Positions 19,632 through 30,746 of a DNA stretch of 64,000 nucleotides are shown piece by piece. Source of the stretch: an uncultured Maricaulis sp. (GTDB lineage Bacteria; Pseudomonadota; Alphaproteobacteria; Caulobacterales; Maricaulaceae); the NCBI GenBank assembly GCA_965217205.1, contig OZ244254.1, positions 2,161,493-2,225,492 of the forward strand, read 5' to 3'. Position numbers and translations under genes: made by a program. Under the pieces are notes generated by a model. The model did not search any database and was not told where the DNA came from. It saw only the letters and a list, made by a program, of their open reading frames with translations. Positions within the stretch are counted from its first letter, which is position 1, and every line of letters starts with the position of its first letter.

Positions 19632-20597
19632 CTAGCCAGGCTGGTCGGCATTCAGGTTTTCTTCAGCGCCCGCAGTCGCCTCGTCTCCGGACATGTCCAG
19701 TGCGCCATCCTCCCCCTCCGGGGCAAGCGTGAGCGACAGGTCGGGACGCTCAATGACCGCATTGGTACGCAAGCCGTCAATCAGGGCCTCGATCTGATCG
19801 AAGGTGTAGAAGCGTGTGATATTCGGGCGCAGCGCCTCCAGCGAGGGCGGAGGCTGCCGGCGCCGATCCACAACGGTCAGCAAATGCCACCCGAACTCGG
19901 TTCGGAACGGTTCCGACACCGCGCCCTCGGGCGTCGCAAAGGCCACCGCTCCGAAGGCTGGCAGGATACCCTGGCGCGAAAAATAGCCCAGATCCCCGCC
20001 CTCCAGTCGGGTCGCCTGGTCCTCACTGAGGGCAACGGCAAGTTCCGCGAAATCCCGGCCCTGGTCGATCAGATCCTTGATGGCGACCGCCTCATCCTCG
20101 GTCTGCACCAGAATATGGCGCGCCCTGACCTCCTCACCCAGGGGAATCAGCCGGATCTGTTCCTCATAGATGCGCTGGATTGTCTCTTCCGGCACGGCCT
20201 CATCCACCGCAGTCTCGACCAGGACATTGGCCAGGATGCGCTCCTCGGCCAGCGCCAGACGGCGGCGGGCAATCTCGGACTGGTGCAGGCCGCGACGGCG
20301 CGCTTCCAGGGCCAGCAGGCGCTGGTCAACCAATTCGTCGAGAATACGATCGAAATCCTCGCTGCCCATTTCCGGCACCGGCTCACCGGTTTCCGCCGAC
20401 TGGGCGGTCGCTTCACGCGTGACATCAGAGCGCCGGATCAGCGTACCGTCGACCCGCGCAACGACCGGATCCGCTTCATCGAGGGACAGGTTGGGCGCTT
20501 CATCGGACAAATCCTCCACCGTCCGCCGCGGCTCGGGGCCACAGGCGAAGCAAGTTGCAGTCAGCACAAAAATGCAAAAGAGCCTGAAAACAGACAC
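19632..20597 (-). CDS. Parvulin-type peptidyl-prolyl isomerase, lipoprotein (PrsA/PpiC-like)
   Basis: 'VRARHILV', 'GGDLGYF', 'FRTEFGWH'; lipobox-like 'CFACG'; divergent from secA. Confidence 0.88.
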   Translation of the reverse strand: MSVFRLFCIFVLTATCFACGPEPRRTVEDLSDEAPNLSLDEADPVVARVDGTLIRRSDVTREATAQSAETGEPVPEMGSEDFDRILDELVDQRLLALEARRRGLHQSEIARRRLALAEERILANVLVETAVDEAVPEETIQRIYEEQIRLIPLGEEVRARHILVQTEDEAVAIKDLIDQGRDFAELAVALSEDQATRLEGGDLGYFSRQGILPAFGAVAFATPEGAVSEPFRTEFGWHLLTVVDRRRQPPPSLEALRPNITRFYTFDQIEALIDGLRTNAVIERPDLSLTLAPEGEDGALDMSGDEATAGAEENLNADQPG

Positions 20598-20649
20598 CTA
20601 TAGCGCCTCACCTGTTGAAGTGGCGGGACTTGATTGCCGCGCCGCTTGA

Positions 20650-20678
20650 TTGACAGTTACACCCCTCATCCTTAAGTC
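20650..20678 (+). promoter_or_regulatory. Sigma70-type promoter for secA
   Basis: TTGACA (20650-20655), 17 nt, TAAGTC (20673-20678). Confidence 0.6.
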
Positions 20679-20776
20679 ACCCTGACGTTTCAAAGCAATG
20701 CTGTCGTCCCCGGCGAACGGAACGAAACCTGGGCGCCGGACGCCAGCTGCCCAGTAGTTCGCAAAGCCTGAGCCAC

Positions 20777-23644
20777 ATGCTGTCCATTGCCCGCAAGATC
20801 TTCGGTACCGAAAACGACCGTAAAGTCCGCCGCCTGCGTCCGATCGTTGAGAAAATCAACGCGATGGAGCCGGATTTCGAAGCGCTCTCGGATGACGCGT
20901 TGAAAGCCAAGACGGTCGAATTCCGCGAACGCCTGGAGAAGGGCGAAAAACTCGACAATCTCCTGCCGGAAGCCTTTGCCGCTGTTCGAGAAGCGTCAAA
21001 GCGCGCCCTCGGCCTGCGCCCCTATGACGTCCAGATGATGGGCGGTGTCGTTCTGCACGAAGGCGCCATTGCCGAGATGAAGACCGGTGAGGGCAAGACC
21101 CTCGTCGCCACCCTGCCTTGCTATCTCAACGCGCTGGAAAACAAGGGCGTGCACGTCGTCACGGTCAATGACTATCTGGCCACGCGCGACAGTGAATGGA
21201 TGGGCCGGGTCTTTGCCCAGCTCGGAATGACGACCGGCGTGATCGCCCACGGCATGACCGATCCGGAACGCCGCGCCGCCTATGCCTGCGACATCACCTA
21301 CGCGACCAATAACGAGCTCGGCTTCGATTATCTGCGCGACAACATGAAATACTCGACGGACGAGATGGTGCAGCGCGGCCATGGCTTCGCCATCGTCGAT
21401 GAGGTCGACTCCATCCTGATCGACGAGGCGCGCACGCCGCTGATCATTTCCGGCCGCACCGAAGACCGCACGGAATTCTACAAGACCATCAATGAGCTGA
21501 TCCCGCTTTTGGGCGAGGATTGCTATGAGATTGACGAGAAGGCCCGCTCGGTCCTCCTCACCGAAGACGGCAATGAGGAAATCGAGCGCCTGCTGAAAGA
21601 GCGCGAACTCCTCGCGGAAGGCGATCTCTACGATGTCGAGAACATCCAGGCCGTCCACCACGTCAACCAGGCCCTCAAGGCGCACAAGATCTTCGTGCGC
21701 GACAAGGATTACATCATCAAGGACAATGCCGTTGTCCTGATCGATGAATTCACCGGTCGCATGATGCCGGGCCGCCGCCTCTCCGATGGTCTCCACCAGG
21801 CCATCGAGGCCAAGGAAGGCACCGAAATCCAGCCGGAAAACCAGACCCTGGCCTCGGTCACTTTCCAGAATTACTTCCGCCTCTACGGCAAGCTGGCTGG
21901 CATGACCGGTACCGCGCTGACCGAAGCGGACGAATTCTTCGACATTTACAAGCTCGGCGTGGTCGAGATCCCGACCAACAAGCCGATTGCGCGGATTGAC
22001 GAGGAAGACGAAGTTTATCGCACGCTGGAAGAGAAATACGCCGCCATCATCGATGAAATCGTCGACTGCAAGGAGCGGGGTCAACCTGTCCTCGTGGGCA
22101 CGGCCTCGATCGAGAAGTCCGAAGTCCTCGACCGGCTGATGAGCGACAAGGCCCTGTTCAAGAAGATGTTGGGCCATCTCTATCCGAAAGACGAAGCGGC
22201 GAAGGCCGAGTTCGAGAAGTCGGCCCGCCCGTCAAGCCGGACCCTGCCGGAAATGCTCAAGCTGATCCCGCTTGACCATCAGGTGCTCAATGCCCGCTAC
22301 CATGAGCAGGAAGCCTTTATCGTCGCCCAGGCCGGTGTGCCGGGTGCAGTGACGATCGCCACCAATATGGCCGGTCGCGGTACCGATATTCAGCTCGGCG
22401 GCAATCCGGACATGCGTCTGGACGCTTGGAAGGCCGAACAGGAAGAAGCCGGCAAGACCCCGACCCAGACCGAGATCGACCGCGAGATGGACGCCATCAA
22501 GGCCGACATCGCCGAGAAGAAGCGAAAAGCGCTGGATGCAGGCGGGCTCTACGTGCTCGCCACCGAGCGCCATGAAAGCCGCCGCATCGACAATCAGCTG
22601 CGCGGCCGGACCGGTCGCCAGGGCGATCCGGGCCGTTCGAAATTCTTCATCTCCGTCCAGGACGATTTGCTGCGCATTTTCGCACCGGAGCGTCTGGACG
22701 GGATCATGCGCACGCTGGGCATGAAAGAGGGTGAGGCCATCCAGCACCCCTGGATGTCCAAGGCCCTCGAGACCTCGCAGCGCAAGGTCGAGCAGCGCAA
22801 TTTCGACATCCGCAAGAATGTCCTGAAATACGACGACGTGATGAATGACCAGCGCAAGGCGGTCTTCGAACAGCGCATCGATTTCATGCTGTCGGACGAC
22901 GTTGCCGACGTCATCAAGGACATGCGCCAGTCCACCGCCGAAGACCTGGTCACGGCCCATATCCCGCCCAAGGCCTTTGCCGACCAGTGGGACATCACAG
23001 GCCTCAAGGAAGAGCTGAAGAATACGTTCGGGCTCGATTTGCCAGTGGAAGCCTGGGCGGACGAAGAAGGCATTGCCGACGAAGAAATCCTTGAACGCAT
23101 CAGCGATGCTGCCGACAAGGCCTATGCCGAGAAAGCCGCCAATGCGGGCCCGGACCTGATGCGCCGGATCGAAAAATCGATCCTGCTCCAGGCCATCGAC
23201 ATCAATTGGCGCGAACACCTACAAAATCTCGACGCGATGCGCTCGATGATCGGCCTGCGCTCCTACGCCCAGCGCAATCCGCTCAACGAGTTCAAGACCG
23301 AGGCCTTCAACCTGTTCCAGCGCATGATGGACAATTTGCGCGGCGAAGTGACCAAACAGCTCATGCTGATCCGCTTCGAGCGGGCCCCGGCGCCGCCCAA
23401 GGCTCCGGAAGACATGACAGCGACGCATATCGATCCACGTACCGGTCGCAATGAAATGGCCGATCCGGGTGACGGACCCGTCGCACCGCGTGTCTCGCCG
23501 ACCCAGCGCCGCGTCTCCACACCTGCGCATCCGAACAAGCCGGAGACCTGGGGCCGCGTCGCCCGCAACGCGCCCTGCCCCTGCGGGTCCGGCAAGAAGT
23601 ACAAGCAGTGCCACGGCGCCATCAGCACCGCGCCCGGCGCCTGA
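20777..23644 (+). CDS. secA: Preprotein translocase subunit SecA
   Basis: '[10 protein letters not shown]', '[17 protein letters not shown]', '[11 protein letters not shown]', C-terminal '[18 protein letters not shown]'. Confidence 0.98.
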   Translation: MLSIARKIFGTENDRKVRRLRPIVEKINAMEPDFEALSDDALKAKTVEFRERLEKGEKLDNLLPEAFAAVREASKRALGLRPYDVQMMGGVVLHEGAIAEMKTGEGKTLVATLPCYLNALENKGVHVVTVNDYLATRDSEWMGRVFAQLGMTTGVIAHGMTDPERRAAYACDITYATNNELGFDYLRDNMKYSTDEMVQRGHGFAIVDEVDSILIDEARTPLIISGRTEDRTEFYKTINELIPLLGEDCYEIDEKARSVLLTEDGNEEIERLLKERELLAEGDLYDVENIQAVHHVNQALKAHKIFVRDKDYIIKDNAVVLIDEFTGRMMPGRRLSDGLHQAIEAKEGTEIQPENQTLASVTFQNYFRLYGKLAGMTGTALTEADEFFDIYKLGVVEIPTNKPIARIDEEDEVYRTLEEKYAAIIDEIVDCKERGQPVLVGTASIEKSEVLDRLMSDKALFKKMLGHLYPKDEAAKAEFEKSARPSSRTLPEMLKLIPLDHQVLNARYHEQEAFIVAQAGVPGAVTIATNMAGRGTDIQLGGNPDMRLDAWKAEQEEAGKTPTQTEIDREMDAIKADIAEKKRKALDAGGLYVLATERHESRRIDNQLRGRTGRQGDPGRSKFFISVQDDLLRIFAPERLDGIMRTLGMKEGEAIQHPWMSKALETSQRKVEQRNFDIRKNVLKYDDVMNDQRKAVFEQRIDFMLSDDVADVIKDMRQSTAEDLVTAHIPPKAFADQWDITGLKEELKNTFGLDLPVEAWADEEGIADEEILERISDAADKAYAEKAANAGPDLMRRIEKSILLQAIDINWREHLQNLDAMRSMIGLRSYAQRNPLNEFKTEAFNLFQRMMDNLRGEVTKQLMLIRFERAPAPPKAPEDMTATHIDPRTGRNEMADPGDGPVAPRVSPTQRRVSTPAHPNKPETWGRVARNAPCPCGSGKKYKQCHGAISTAPGA

Positions 23645-23662
23645 TCCGGCAAAGGTGACACG

Positions 23663-24124
23663 ATGAGCGAGGTCCGCCTTCGTCCTGCCTGTGCCGGTGA
23701 GGAAGATGCGCTCTCTGAACTCTGCCTGAAATCCAAGGCGCATTGGGGATATGACGAGGCCTTCATGGCCGAAGTCGCGCCCTATCTGCGTGTCACTGCC
23801 GAAGCCATCGATGCGGGTCTGACCACCGTCGCGGAGCTCGAGGATGGCACGATGCTGGGTGTGTGCCAGATCGATCCGGGCGGGCACCACGGCACGCTGG
23901 ACCTGCTCTTCATCACCCCCGCCGCCATCGGCAAGGGCGTCGGCCGCGACCTCTTCGAGGATGCCAAGGCCAAGCTCAAAGCCCGCGGCGAGACGGTGAT
24001 GACCATCCTCTCAGACCCCTATGCCGAAGCCGCCTATATCCATATGGGCGCCCGCCGTGTTGCCATGCGCCCCAGCGATGTCTTCAAGGGCCGCGAACTG
24101 CCCTGGTTGGAAGTGACGCTCTAA
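23663..24124 (+). CDS. GNAT-family N-acetyltransferase
   Basis: 'SKAHWGYD', 'LFITPAAIGKGVGR', 'SDPYAEAAY..MGA'. Confidence 0.85.
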   Translation: MSEVRLRPACAGEEDALSELCLKSKAHWGYDEAFMAEVAPYLRVTAEAIDAGLTTVAELEDGTMLGVCQIDPGGHHGTLDLLFITPAAIGKGVGRDLFEDAKAKLKARGETVMTILSDPYAEAAYIHMGARRVAMRPSDVFKGRELPWLEVTL

Positions 24125-25026
24125 TCGCGACCCAGCGGGCGATTGCGGTAGGACTCCACCAGAATGTCGATCAGGGCCCGTACGCGCGCCGAATGCTCGC
24201 GATGGCCTGGATAGAGCACATGCAAGGCGCGCGGCTCGCTCTCCCAGTCGGCCAGAACCCGTACCAGTTTGCCTTGTGCCATTTCTTGCTCCGCAAGAAA
24301 GGCCGGCACCAGACCAATGCCCTGGCCCCGGGCCAGAGCCCTGACGATGGCGATCGAGTTACTGATCCGCATCGGCCCGGAAAATCCGACTTCGACTGCT
24401 CGGCCAGCTCGATTGAAGCGCCAGACATCCGGTGTTGCCGCATGGCTGTAGGCCAGACACGCATGCGCGGTGAGTTGGTTCGGCGAGGCCGGTGTTCCGT
24501 GCGCTTCCAGATAGCCCGGTGAGGCGAGTAGCCAGCGGTCCATCGGCGTCAAACGTCGCCCGTGCAGGGAGGAATCCGCCATCGGGCCCGCCCCGCGTAT
24601 GGCCAGGTCCAGTCCGTGCTCGACGAGGTCGACTTGGCGATCATCAAGCAAGACATCGAGTGTGATGTCGGGATGCCGCTCGCGGAAGTCCACGAGCCGG
24701 TCGGTCAGATCAGCCAATCCCAGCGACATCGGTGCGGTCATGCGAATTCGCCCGCGCGGCGCAATGCCGGCCAGACCGGCCTGATCATCCGCCTCCGCAA
24801 GCGCCTCGAGAATGTGCACCGCATTGCGATAATAGTCGCGCCCGGCATCGGTCAGGCTCAGCCGTCGCGTCGTTCTGACCAGAAGCGCGACCCCCAGCCG
24901 GGCCTCAAGCTGGGCGACATGCTTGGAGACCGACGCGTTGGAGAGGCCCAAATCACGCGCGGCGGCCGCGAAGCCGTCCAGTTCGACCACACGTCGAAAG
25001 GTTTTGAGCACAAGAAAGCGATCCAT
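24121..25026 (-). CDS. LysR-family transcriptional regulator (CrgA-like)
   Basis: N-terminal HTH 'FAAAARDLGLSNASVSKHVAQLEARLG..LL.RTTR'; PBP2 CrgA-like domain. Confidence 0.92.
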   Translation of the reverse strand: MDRFLVLKTFRRVVELDGFAAAARDLGLSNASVSKHVAQLEARLGVALLVRTTRRLSLTDAGRDYYRNAVHILEALAEADDQAGLAGIAPRGRIRMTAPMSLGLADLTDRLVDFRERHPDITLDVLLDDRQVDLVEHGLDLAIRGAGPMADSSLHGRRLTPMDRWLLASPGYLEAHGTPASPNQLTAHACLAYSHAATPDVWRFNRAGRAVEVGFSGPMRISNSIAIVRALARGQGIGLVPAFLAEQEMAQGKLVRVLADWESEPRALHVLYPGHREHSARVRALIDILVESYRNRPLGRD

Positions 25027-25136
25027 TATTCACTCTTACGAAACATTGAGGTGAGTAATTACCCAATTATTTAATCCATGCCAAACCCGTATCTCTCCCG
25101 GCAATGCGGCCCCGCCGCCAGCCAAAGGAGAGTCAA

Positions 25137-26120
25137 ATGCGCCTATCCCTTACCCCGCCCCGCCTCGCCAGCCTCGCCCTGTTCGCGCTTGTCGCCACAT
25201 CGGGCGGGCAGGCCCAGAATGTTGGTCAGAGCCCCTGGGGCGCTGACGACGAGATCGGTCGGCTCAATCAGATGACCGAGACAAGCCGCGCCGCCATCCT
25301 CTCGCGGATTACCGGCGGGGCAAGCTATGACCTGTCGGTGGAATATTTCATCGGCATGCCCAGCTGGCAGGCCGCCGGCGATCCGCACTATCGCCTTTGG
25401 ATGACGCACACACCGCACGGCACCACCGCGGATGATCCGCTGGGCGTTGGTGGGAGCGTGAACGCCCATGTCAGCTATTCCGGCTCGGCCATCAGCCTCT
25501 ACACCCACACCGGCACCCATATCGATGCGCTCAGCCATTTCGGACTCAACGGCCAAATCTGGAATGGTTTCAGCGCCGACGAACATCTCGGCGATCGTGG
25601 TTGGCATCGCGCCGACGCCGGAGCCCTTCCGCCCATCATCGCCCGTGGTCTGCTGGTCGACCTTCCAGCCCTGTTCGACGTGGACAGGCTGGAACCGGGC
25701 TATCGGCTGACCACCGCCGATATCGAGGCCGCCCTGGAGCGGGCAGGTCTGGCCATCCATACCGGCGATGTTGTCCTGGTGCGGACCGGCTGGATGCAGG
25801 ATTTCGAAGACGCAGACGCCTATATGGGCAATGCGCCCGGGCTCGGCATGGACGCCGCCCGATATCTCGCCGAGGCCGGCGCCATGGTCGTGGGAGCCGA
25901 TAATCTGAGCTTTGAAGCTTTCCCGTCAGAGGTCGACGGCAATTACGTCCCGGTCCACACCTTTCTGTTGGCCCAATCGGGAATACCCATCCTGGAAGTG
26001 GTCAATCTTGAGGGCCTGGCCCGTGACGGTGTGCAGGAGTTCGCCTTCATCGCCGCCTCCCTGCGCCTGCGCGGCGCCGATGCCGCGCCGATGCGGCCCA
26101 TCGCCCTGCCGGTGGAGTGA
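25137..26120 (+). CDS. Cyclase-family (kynurenine formamidase-like) metallohydrolase with signal peptide
   Basis: 'HTGTHIDAL.H' metal motif, 'GDVVLVRTGW', 'VGADN', 'PVHTFLL'. Confidence 0.85.
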   Translation: MRLSLTPPRLASLALFALVATSGGQAQNVGQSPWGADDEIGRLNQMTETSRAAILSRITGGASYDLSVEYFIGMPSWQAAGDPHYRLWMTHTPHGTTADDPLGVGGSVNAHVSYSGSAISLYTHTGTHIDALSHFGLNGQIWNGFSADEHLGDRGWHRADAGALPPIIARGLLVDLPALFDVDRLEPGYRLTTADIEAALERAGLAIHTGDVVLVRTGWMQDFEDADAYMGNAPGLGMDAARYLAEAGAMVVGADNLSFEAFPSEVDGNYVPVHTFLLAQSGIPILEVVNLEGLARDGVQEFAFIAASLRLRGADAAPMRPIALPVE

Positions 26121-27007
26121 TCGTCATGCCGCGACTGTCGGATATCGCGCTCACGGCGCTCGCCCCGGCGATCTGGGGCTGTTCCTACCTGGCCATCACG
26201 CTGAGCTTGCCGCCAGGCCACGCCCTGGGGATCGCCGCCCTGCGTGCCCTGCCGGCCGGCCTGCTCCTCCTGATGCTCGTGCGGCGCCTCCCCCGTGTCG
26301 ACTGGGTCGTGAAGCTTTTCGTACTCGGCGGACTCAATTTCACGATCTTCTGGAGCCTGCTCAACATCGCCGCCTATCGCCTTCCAGGCGGCGTGGCTGC
26401 GACGGTCGGTGCCATTCAGCCCCTGCTCGTCATCGGGCTCGCGCATTTCGCGTTGGCCAGCACGATCCAGCTCAGGCATGTCCTCGCCGGTCTGGCGGGT
26501 CTGGCGGGTGTGGCACTTCTGGTCATGACAGGTGAGGCCCGGCTGGACGCGTTCGGTCTCATGGCGGGACTGGGCGGCGCGGCGGCGATGGCGGCCGGCA
26601 GCGTGCTCACAAGGCGTTGGCATTTTCCGGTCTCACCGCTGACGCTGACAGCCTGGCAATTGACCGCGGGGGGCCTCCTGCTCCTCCCCCTTGCCTTGCT
26701 GACGGAGGGTGGGCTGCCACCGATCACGCCAACCTCGCTGACCGGCCTCGCCTGGCTGGCCATCCCGGGCGCCGCAATGACCTATTGGGTCTGGTTTCGC
26801 GGCCTCGCGGTGATCGGCCCCGCGCGAGCGACACTGCTCGGCTTTCTCAGCCCGATGACCGCGGTTTGCCTGGGCTGGATCGTGCTCGGCCAGACCCTGT
26901 CCGCGCTGCAGATCGCGGGGGTTCTGATTGTGCTCGCCAGTCTGTGGTTGAGCCAGGCATCCGCGCCTCAGAGCGCGAAGCCTGCCAGTCTCGTCACGAA
27001 GTCATGA
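26117..27007 (+). CDS. EamA/DMT-family transporter
   Basis: About 10 hydrophobic helices; 'APAIWG', 'RALPAGLLL'. Confidence 0.88.
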   Translation: MIVMPRLSDIALTALAPAIWGCSYLAITLSLPPGHALGIAALRALPAGLLLLMLVRRLPRVDWVVKLFVLGGLNFTIFWSLLNIAAYRLPGGVAATVGAIQPLLVIGLAHFALASTIQLRHVLAGLAGLAGVALLVMTGEARLDAFGLMAGLGGAAAMAAGSVLTRRWHFPVSPLTLTAWQLTAGGLLLLPLALLTEGGLPPITPTSLTGLAWLAIPGAAMTYWVWFRGLAVIGPARATLLGFLSPMTAVCLGWIVLGQTLSALQIAGVLIVLASLWLSQASAPQSAKPASLVTKS

Positions 27008-27058
27008 GATCAGGACGTCTGAACGAACCAACCGCGCCGGACCGCGCAATGTCGGGGC

Positions 27059-28030
27059 TCAGGCCCCCGGCAGGGTCCGGCCGATGGCCAGGAAGCGCTC
27101 GCGGCGTTGCTGGCGCAGGGCCTTGGCATCCATTTGCTCGAGCTGGCCGAGATGTTTCTCGATGGCATTGCCGACAGCAGTCATGGTCGCCTGGGCGTGA
27201 CGATGGGCACCGCCGACCGGTTCGGGAATGACCTGGTCGACGATCTTCATCGCCAGAAGGTCCGGCGCAGTGATTTTCATCGCTACAGCGGCATCCTTGG
27301 AGCGGGTTGAATCATTCCACAGGATGGAGGCACAGCCTTCCGGCGAGATCACCGAATAGATGGAGTGTTCCAGCATCATCACCGTATTGGCACTGGCCAG
27401 GGCCACAGCCCCGCCGGAGCCACCTTCACCGGTAATGGTGGAAATCAGTGGCGTACCCAGCGTCAGGCAGCGCTCGGTCGAACGGGCGATGGCTTCGGAC
27501 TGGCCGCGCTCTTCCGCGCCAAGGCCCGGATAGGCGCCAGCCGTATCGACAAAGGTCAACACTGGCAGGTTGAACTTCTCGGCCAGATCCATCAGGCGGA
27601 TCGCCTTGCGATAACCTTCCGGGCGCGCCATGCCGAAATTGTGCTTGATGCGGGTTTCGGTGTTGTGGCCCTTCTCATGGCCGATCACGACCACGGACCG
27701 TCCGCGGAAGCGGCCCAGACCCCCGACAATCGCGGGGTCTTCGGAGAAACGGCGATCTCCGCACATTTCCTCGAAATCCTCAATCAGCGCCTTGCGATAA
27801 TCACGGAAATGCGGCCGCTCGGGATGGCGGGCGACCAACGTCTTGCGCCAGGGGTCGAGCTTGGAATAGAGCGCGGCGAGCTGTTCGCTGGCCTTTTGAC
27901 GCAGGCGCGCCGTCTCTTCCGCCGTATCGGGAGCGTCATCACCCGCGAGGGATTCGAGCTCTTCAATCTTGGCTTCCAGCTCGGCCAGCGGCCGTTCGAA
28001 ATCGAGATAGGTACGAGTGGGGTCGGACAT
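27059..28030 (-). CDS. accA: Acetyl-CoA carboxylase carboxyltransferase alpha subunit
   Basis: 'YLDFERP', 'FGMARPEGYRKA', 'GEGGSGGA', 'SVISPEGCASILW'. Confidence 0.97.
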   Translation of the reverse strand: MSDPTRTYLDFERPLAELEAKIEELESLAGDDAPDTAEETARLRQKASEQLAALYSKLDPWRKTLVARHPERPHFRDYRKALIEDFEEMCGDRRFSEDPAIVGGLGRFRGRSVVVIGHEKGHNTETRIKHNFGMARPEGYRKAIRLMDLAEKFNLPVLTFVDTAGAYPGLGAEERGQSEAIARSTERCLTLGTPLISTITGEGGSGGAVALASANTVMMLEHSIYSVISPEGCASILWNDSTRSKDAAVAMKITAPDLLAMKIVDQVIPEPVGGAHRHAQATMTAVGNAIEKHLGQLEQMDAKALRQQRRERFLAIGRTLPGA

Positions 28031-28122
28031 GTCCTGCCAACGCCTGTGATCACAAAAGTGGAGGGCAACCTAACGACCCCGCACCGGGGCTACAAGCCTC
28101 AAAAGCCGCACTTACGCATACG

Positions 28123-29094
28123 TCAACCGGCGCTCCCATCCTCGCCGCGCCGGGCCAGGGGGTGCGCCGACTGGACGAGGGATTTCAGCCTTTCATCAAG
28201 CACATGCGTGTAGATCTGCGTGGTCGAGACATCGGCATGACCGAGCAGCATCTGGACGCTGCGCAGATCCGCGCCTCTCGCGAGAAGGTGTGTCGCGAAG
28301 GCATGGCGCAGAACATGCGGTGACACCTTTGTCGGGTCCATTCCCGCCGCCAGGGTCAGTTCACCGAGTATCTGGGCGAAACGTTCCCGGGTGAGGTGCC
28401 CGCCTTTCGCGGTTCGCGAGGGAAAGAGGAAGCGGCCTGCCTTGCCGGCCTTGCTCTTGTCGGCAGGCAGGTGAGCCTCACGCACGGCCTTGTACGCCGC
28501 CACAGCGTCGAGCGCGGCCTCGGTCAGCGGAACCAGCCGCTCGCGTCCCCCTTTGCCGGTGATCTGGATACAGCGCTCGGCCCGCACGAATGCCCCCAGC
28601 GGCAAGGAGACCAGCTCGGTCACCCGCAACCCGCCGGCATAGAGCAATTCCATCAGCGCCCGGGTTCGCGCCCCGGCCGGACCGGGCAGATCGGCGGCTG
28701 CCGTGAACAGCGCATCGACATCGGCCTCGGAGAGAATCTTCGGCAGGGCGCGACCCTGTTTCGGCGCTCGCAAGGGCGTGGCCGGATTGTCGGTGCGGAC
28801 ACCATCGGACAGCAGGAAGCGGTAGAAGCGCTTGATCGCTGAAAGGCGCCGCGCGGCGGTGGAGGCGGCCAGGCCGTCGGCTGCAATACCGGCCAGAACG
28901 GTCTCGAGATTCGGCGTCGTGGCCGACTCCAGCTCCACGCCCTGGCCGCTCAGCCGCCCGGCGACATCCATCAGGTCCCGCCGGTAGGCATCGAGCGTGT
29001 TGGCGGCGGCGCCGCGCTCGGCCGCCATCATGTCGAGAAAGAGTGCGATCAGGGTCCGGTCCTGGGACCGGCGTGCTGACGGCGCGTCACTCAC
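28123..29094 (-). CDS. xerD: Site-specific tyrosine recombinase XerD
   Basis: 'LLYAGGLRVTEL', 'SPHVLRHAFATHLL', 'LGHADVSTTQIYTH'; xerD-accA synteny. Confidence 0.9.
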   Translation of the reverse strand: MSDAPSARRSQDRTLIALFLDMMAAERGAAANTLDAYRRDLMDVAGRLSGQGVELESATTPNLETVLAGIAADGLAASTAARRLSAIKRFYRFLLSDGVRTDNPATPLRAPKQGRALPKILSEADVDALFTAAADLPGPAGARTRALMELLYAGGLRVTELVSLPLGAFVRAERCIQITGKGGRERLVPLTEAALDAVAAYKAVREAHLPADKSKAGKAGRFLFPSRTAKGGHLTRERFAQILGELTLAAGMDPTKVSPHVLRHAFATHLLARGADLRSVQMLLGHADVSTTQIYTHVLDERLKSLVQSAHPLARRGEDGSAG

Positions 29095-30746
29095 CGCGCC
29101 CTCGCGATCACCCGCTCCAGAACGAGAGAGAGGGCATTGCCGCGCAGACCAGCCGCGTCCAGCGCCGCGATGGCGCGACTGAAGGCGACCGGGTCGGCGG
29201 CGGTCTCCGGGCGGTTGAGCAGGCTGACCGCCAGCATCGCGGTCTCCGCGCGAGCGCCGGCCCGCTGACTCATCTCCATGGCGGCGAGTTCCGACGAGGC
29301 GACCGGCGCGTCAAGGCCGAGAACCGACAAACGGGGCGAGGCGGTCAATTGCGCGCCGAGTTCGGCAAGGGCCAGGCGTTCGCCGAGCGCCTCATCGCCC
29401 TGGCTTTCCAGCCAGGCGGCCAGGACCGCATCGAAATTCCCGCCGCCCAGCGCATCGCGGGCGATGGCCAGGGAGAGATCAAGCGCAACCATGCGGCGCG
29501 GCGACGGTGCTTCCCAATCGATTTGCGGCTCGACCGCATCGACCGGCGTGCCATCGGCATAGACCAGCTGACCATCGGCTGTTTCCAGGATTGGCTGACC
29601 GACCCGCTCGGCCGGTCCGGGACGTTGGGGCGGACCGTCAATCAAGGCATCGCGCCAGCGCACCGCGGATCGCAAATCGCCGATGATCACCGCCGCCAGG
29701 GCGATGTCATAGCCGTGCTCGAGCGTGGCCGCCGTCACCGGCAGGGTTTCGATTTCACGGCCATGATGACGCGCGACATGGATAAAGCGGGCGGCTTCAC
29801 TTTCATCGGACAGGAGATAGCCAAGCGCCTGACCGGCCAGCTCGCGGTCACGGGCCCGGGCCATGAGATCTTCCAGCGCGTGATGCCGGTCGCGACCGGA
29901 TAGGGCCAGCGCCGCGTCAAGCGCCGCTGCGCCGTCTTCAACCGGCACGGGTTCATACATCGGCCGGTGAACCAGCGAGGCCAGCCAGGCCGGCGCACGG
30001 TCGGCGACTTCCGGCATGAAAGCTTCCGGATCGACCAGATAGCGTGACATTGCGAAATCCAGCCCGCTATCCGGCGCGGAGACGCTATCCGCGACCGGGG
30101 TTCCCAGCGTGATGGCAAACAGACGCGCGTCGAAATCATCATCCTCGGAGCTCGCCCGCGCCAACTCCGCCGTCAGTTCGGCTGCGGCGCCCTGGTCATC
30201 GAGCGCAAGGCAGAAGGCGCGTCGCCGCAGCCAGTCCGGCGCGTCACGGTTTTCGATCAGCGCATTGGTGGTCTGGCAGGCACGATCCGTGTCCCCCAGG
30301 GCAAAGCCAAGTTCAGCATGACGCTCTGCCAGCGCCGGACGGCGATGAATGCCCGGCGTGCGCTCGAGCAGGTCAAAGGCATCATGCGGTCCGCCCGCTG
30401 CAAGCAGCCGGTCCACGCGCAGTTCGGCGAGGCGAGCATCGCCGCGGCCCCCGACCGGCGGACGACCACCGGTCAACAGGATGAGCCGGGCGATATCGCC
30501 GAGCGCTTCGCTGGCATAACCATTGTCACCAGTCCCGGGCAAACGGGACAACACGGCTTCGGCCATGTCCCGGTCGGAGCGGGACCATAGCCGGTCACCC
30601 AGACCTCGATCGGTCAGCGAGACCTCAAGTGGGTCCAGCGCATCCAGTTGCTCGACTTCGATCGGGTTTTGGGCTGCGGCGGTGCCGCACAGAAGCGCTG
30701 CCAGCAGGCTAGCGCGGGAAATCGTCTTCCAGCTCGACACGCACAT
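29091..30746 (-). CDS. Conserved exported hypothetical protein upstream of xerD
   Basis: Signal-peptide-like N-terminus, 'LW..S' and 'R..RLL..G' pattern; I recognise this position between aroK and xerD from related alphaproteobacteria; start uncertain. Confidence 0.7.
   Translation of the reverse strand: MCVSSWKTISRASLLAALLCGTAAAQNPIEVEQLDALDPLEVSLTDRGLGDRLWSRSDRDMAEAVLSRLPGTGDNGYASEALGDIARLILLTGGRPPVGGRGDARLAELRVDRLLAAGGPHDAFDLLERTPGIHRRPALAERHAELGFALGDTDRACQTTNALIENRDAPDWLRRRAFCLALDDQGAAAELTAELARASSEDDDFDARLFAITLGTPVADSVSAPDSGLDFAMSRYLVDPEAFMPEVADRAPAWLASLVHRPMYEPVPVEDGAAALDAALALSGRDRHHALEDLMARARDRELAGQALGYLLSDESEAARFIHVARHHGREIETLPVTAATLEHGYDIALAAVIIGDLRSAVRWRDALIDGPPQRPGPAERVGQPILETADGQLVYADGTPVDAVEPQIDWEAPSPRRMVALDLSLAIARDALGGGNFDAVLAAWLESQGDEALGERLALAELGAQLTASPRLSVLGLDAPVASSELAAMEMSQRAGARAETAMLAVSLLNRPETAADPVAFSRAIAALDAAGLRGNALSLVLERVIARAR

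Noticed and set aside
28123-29094. Tyrosine recombinase as a sign of a prophage or integron
   Set aside because: Chromosomal XerD in its usual accA/aroK context; no att sites, phage genes or attC cassettes
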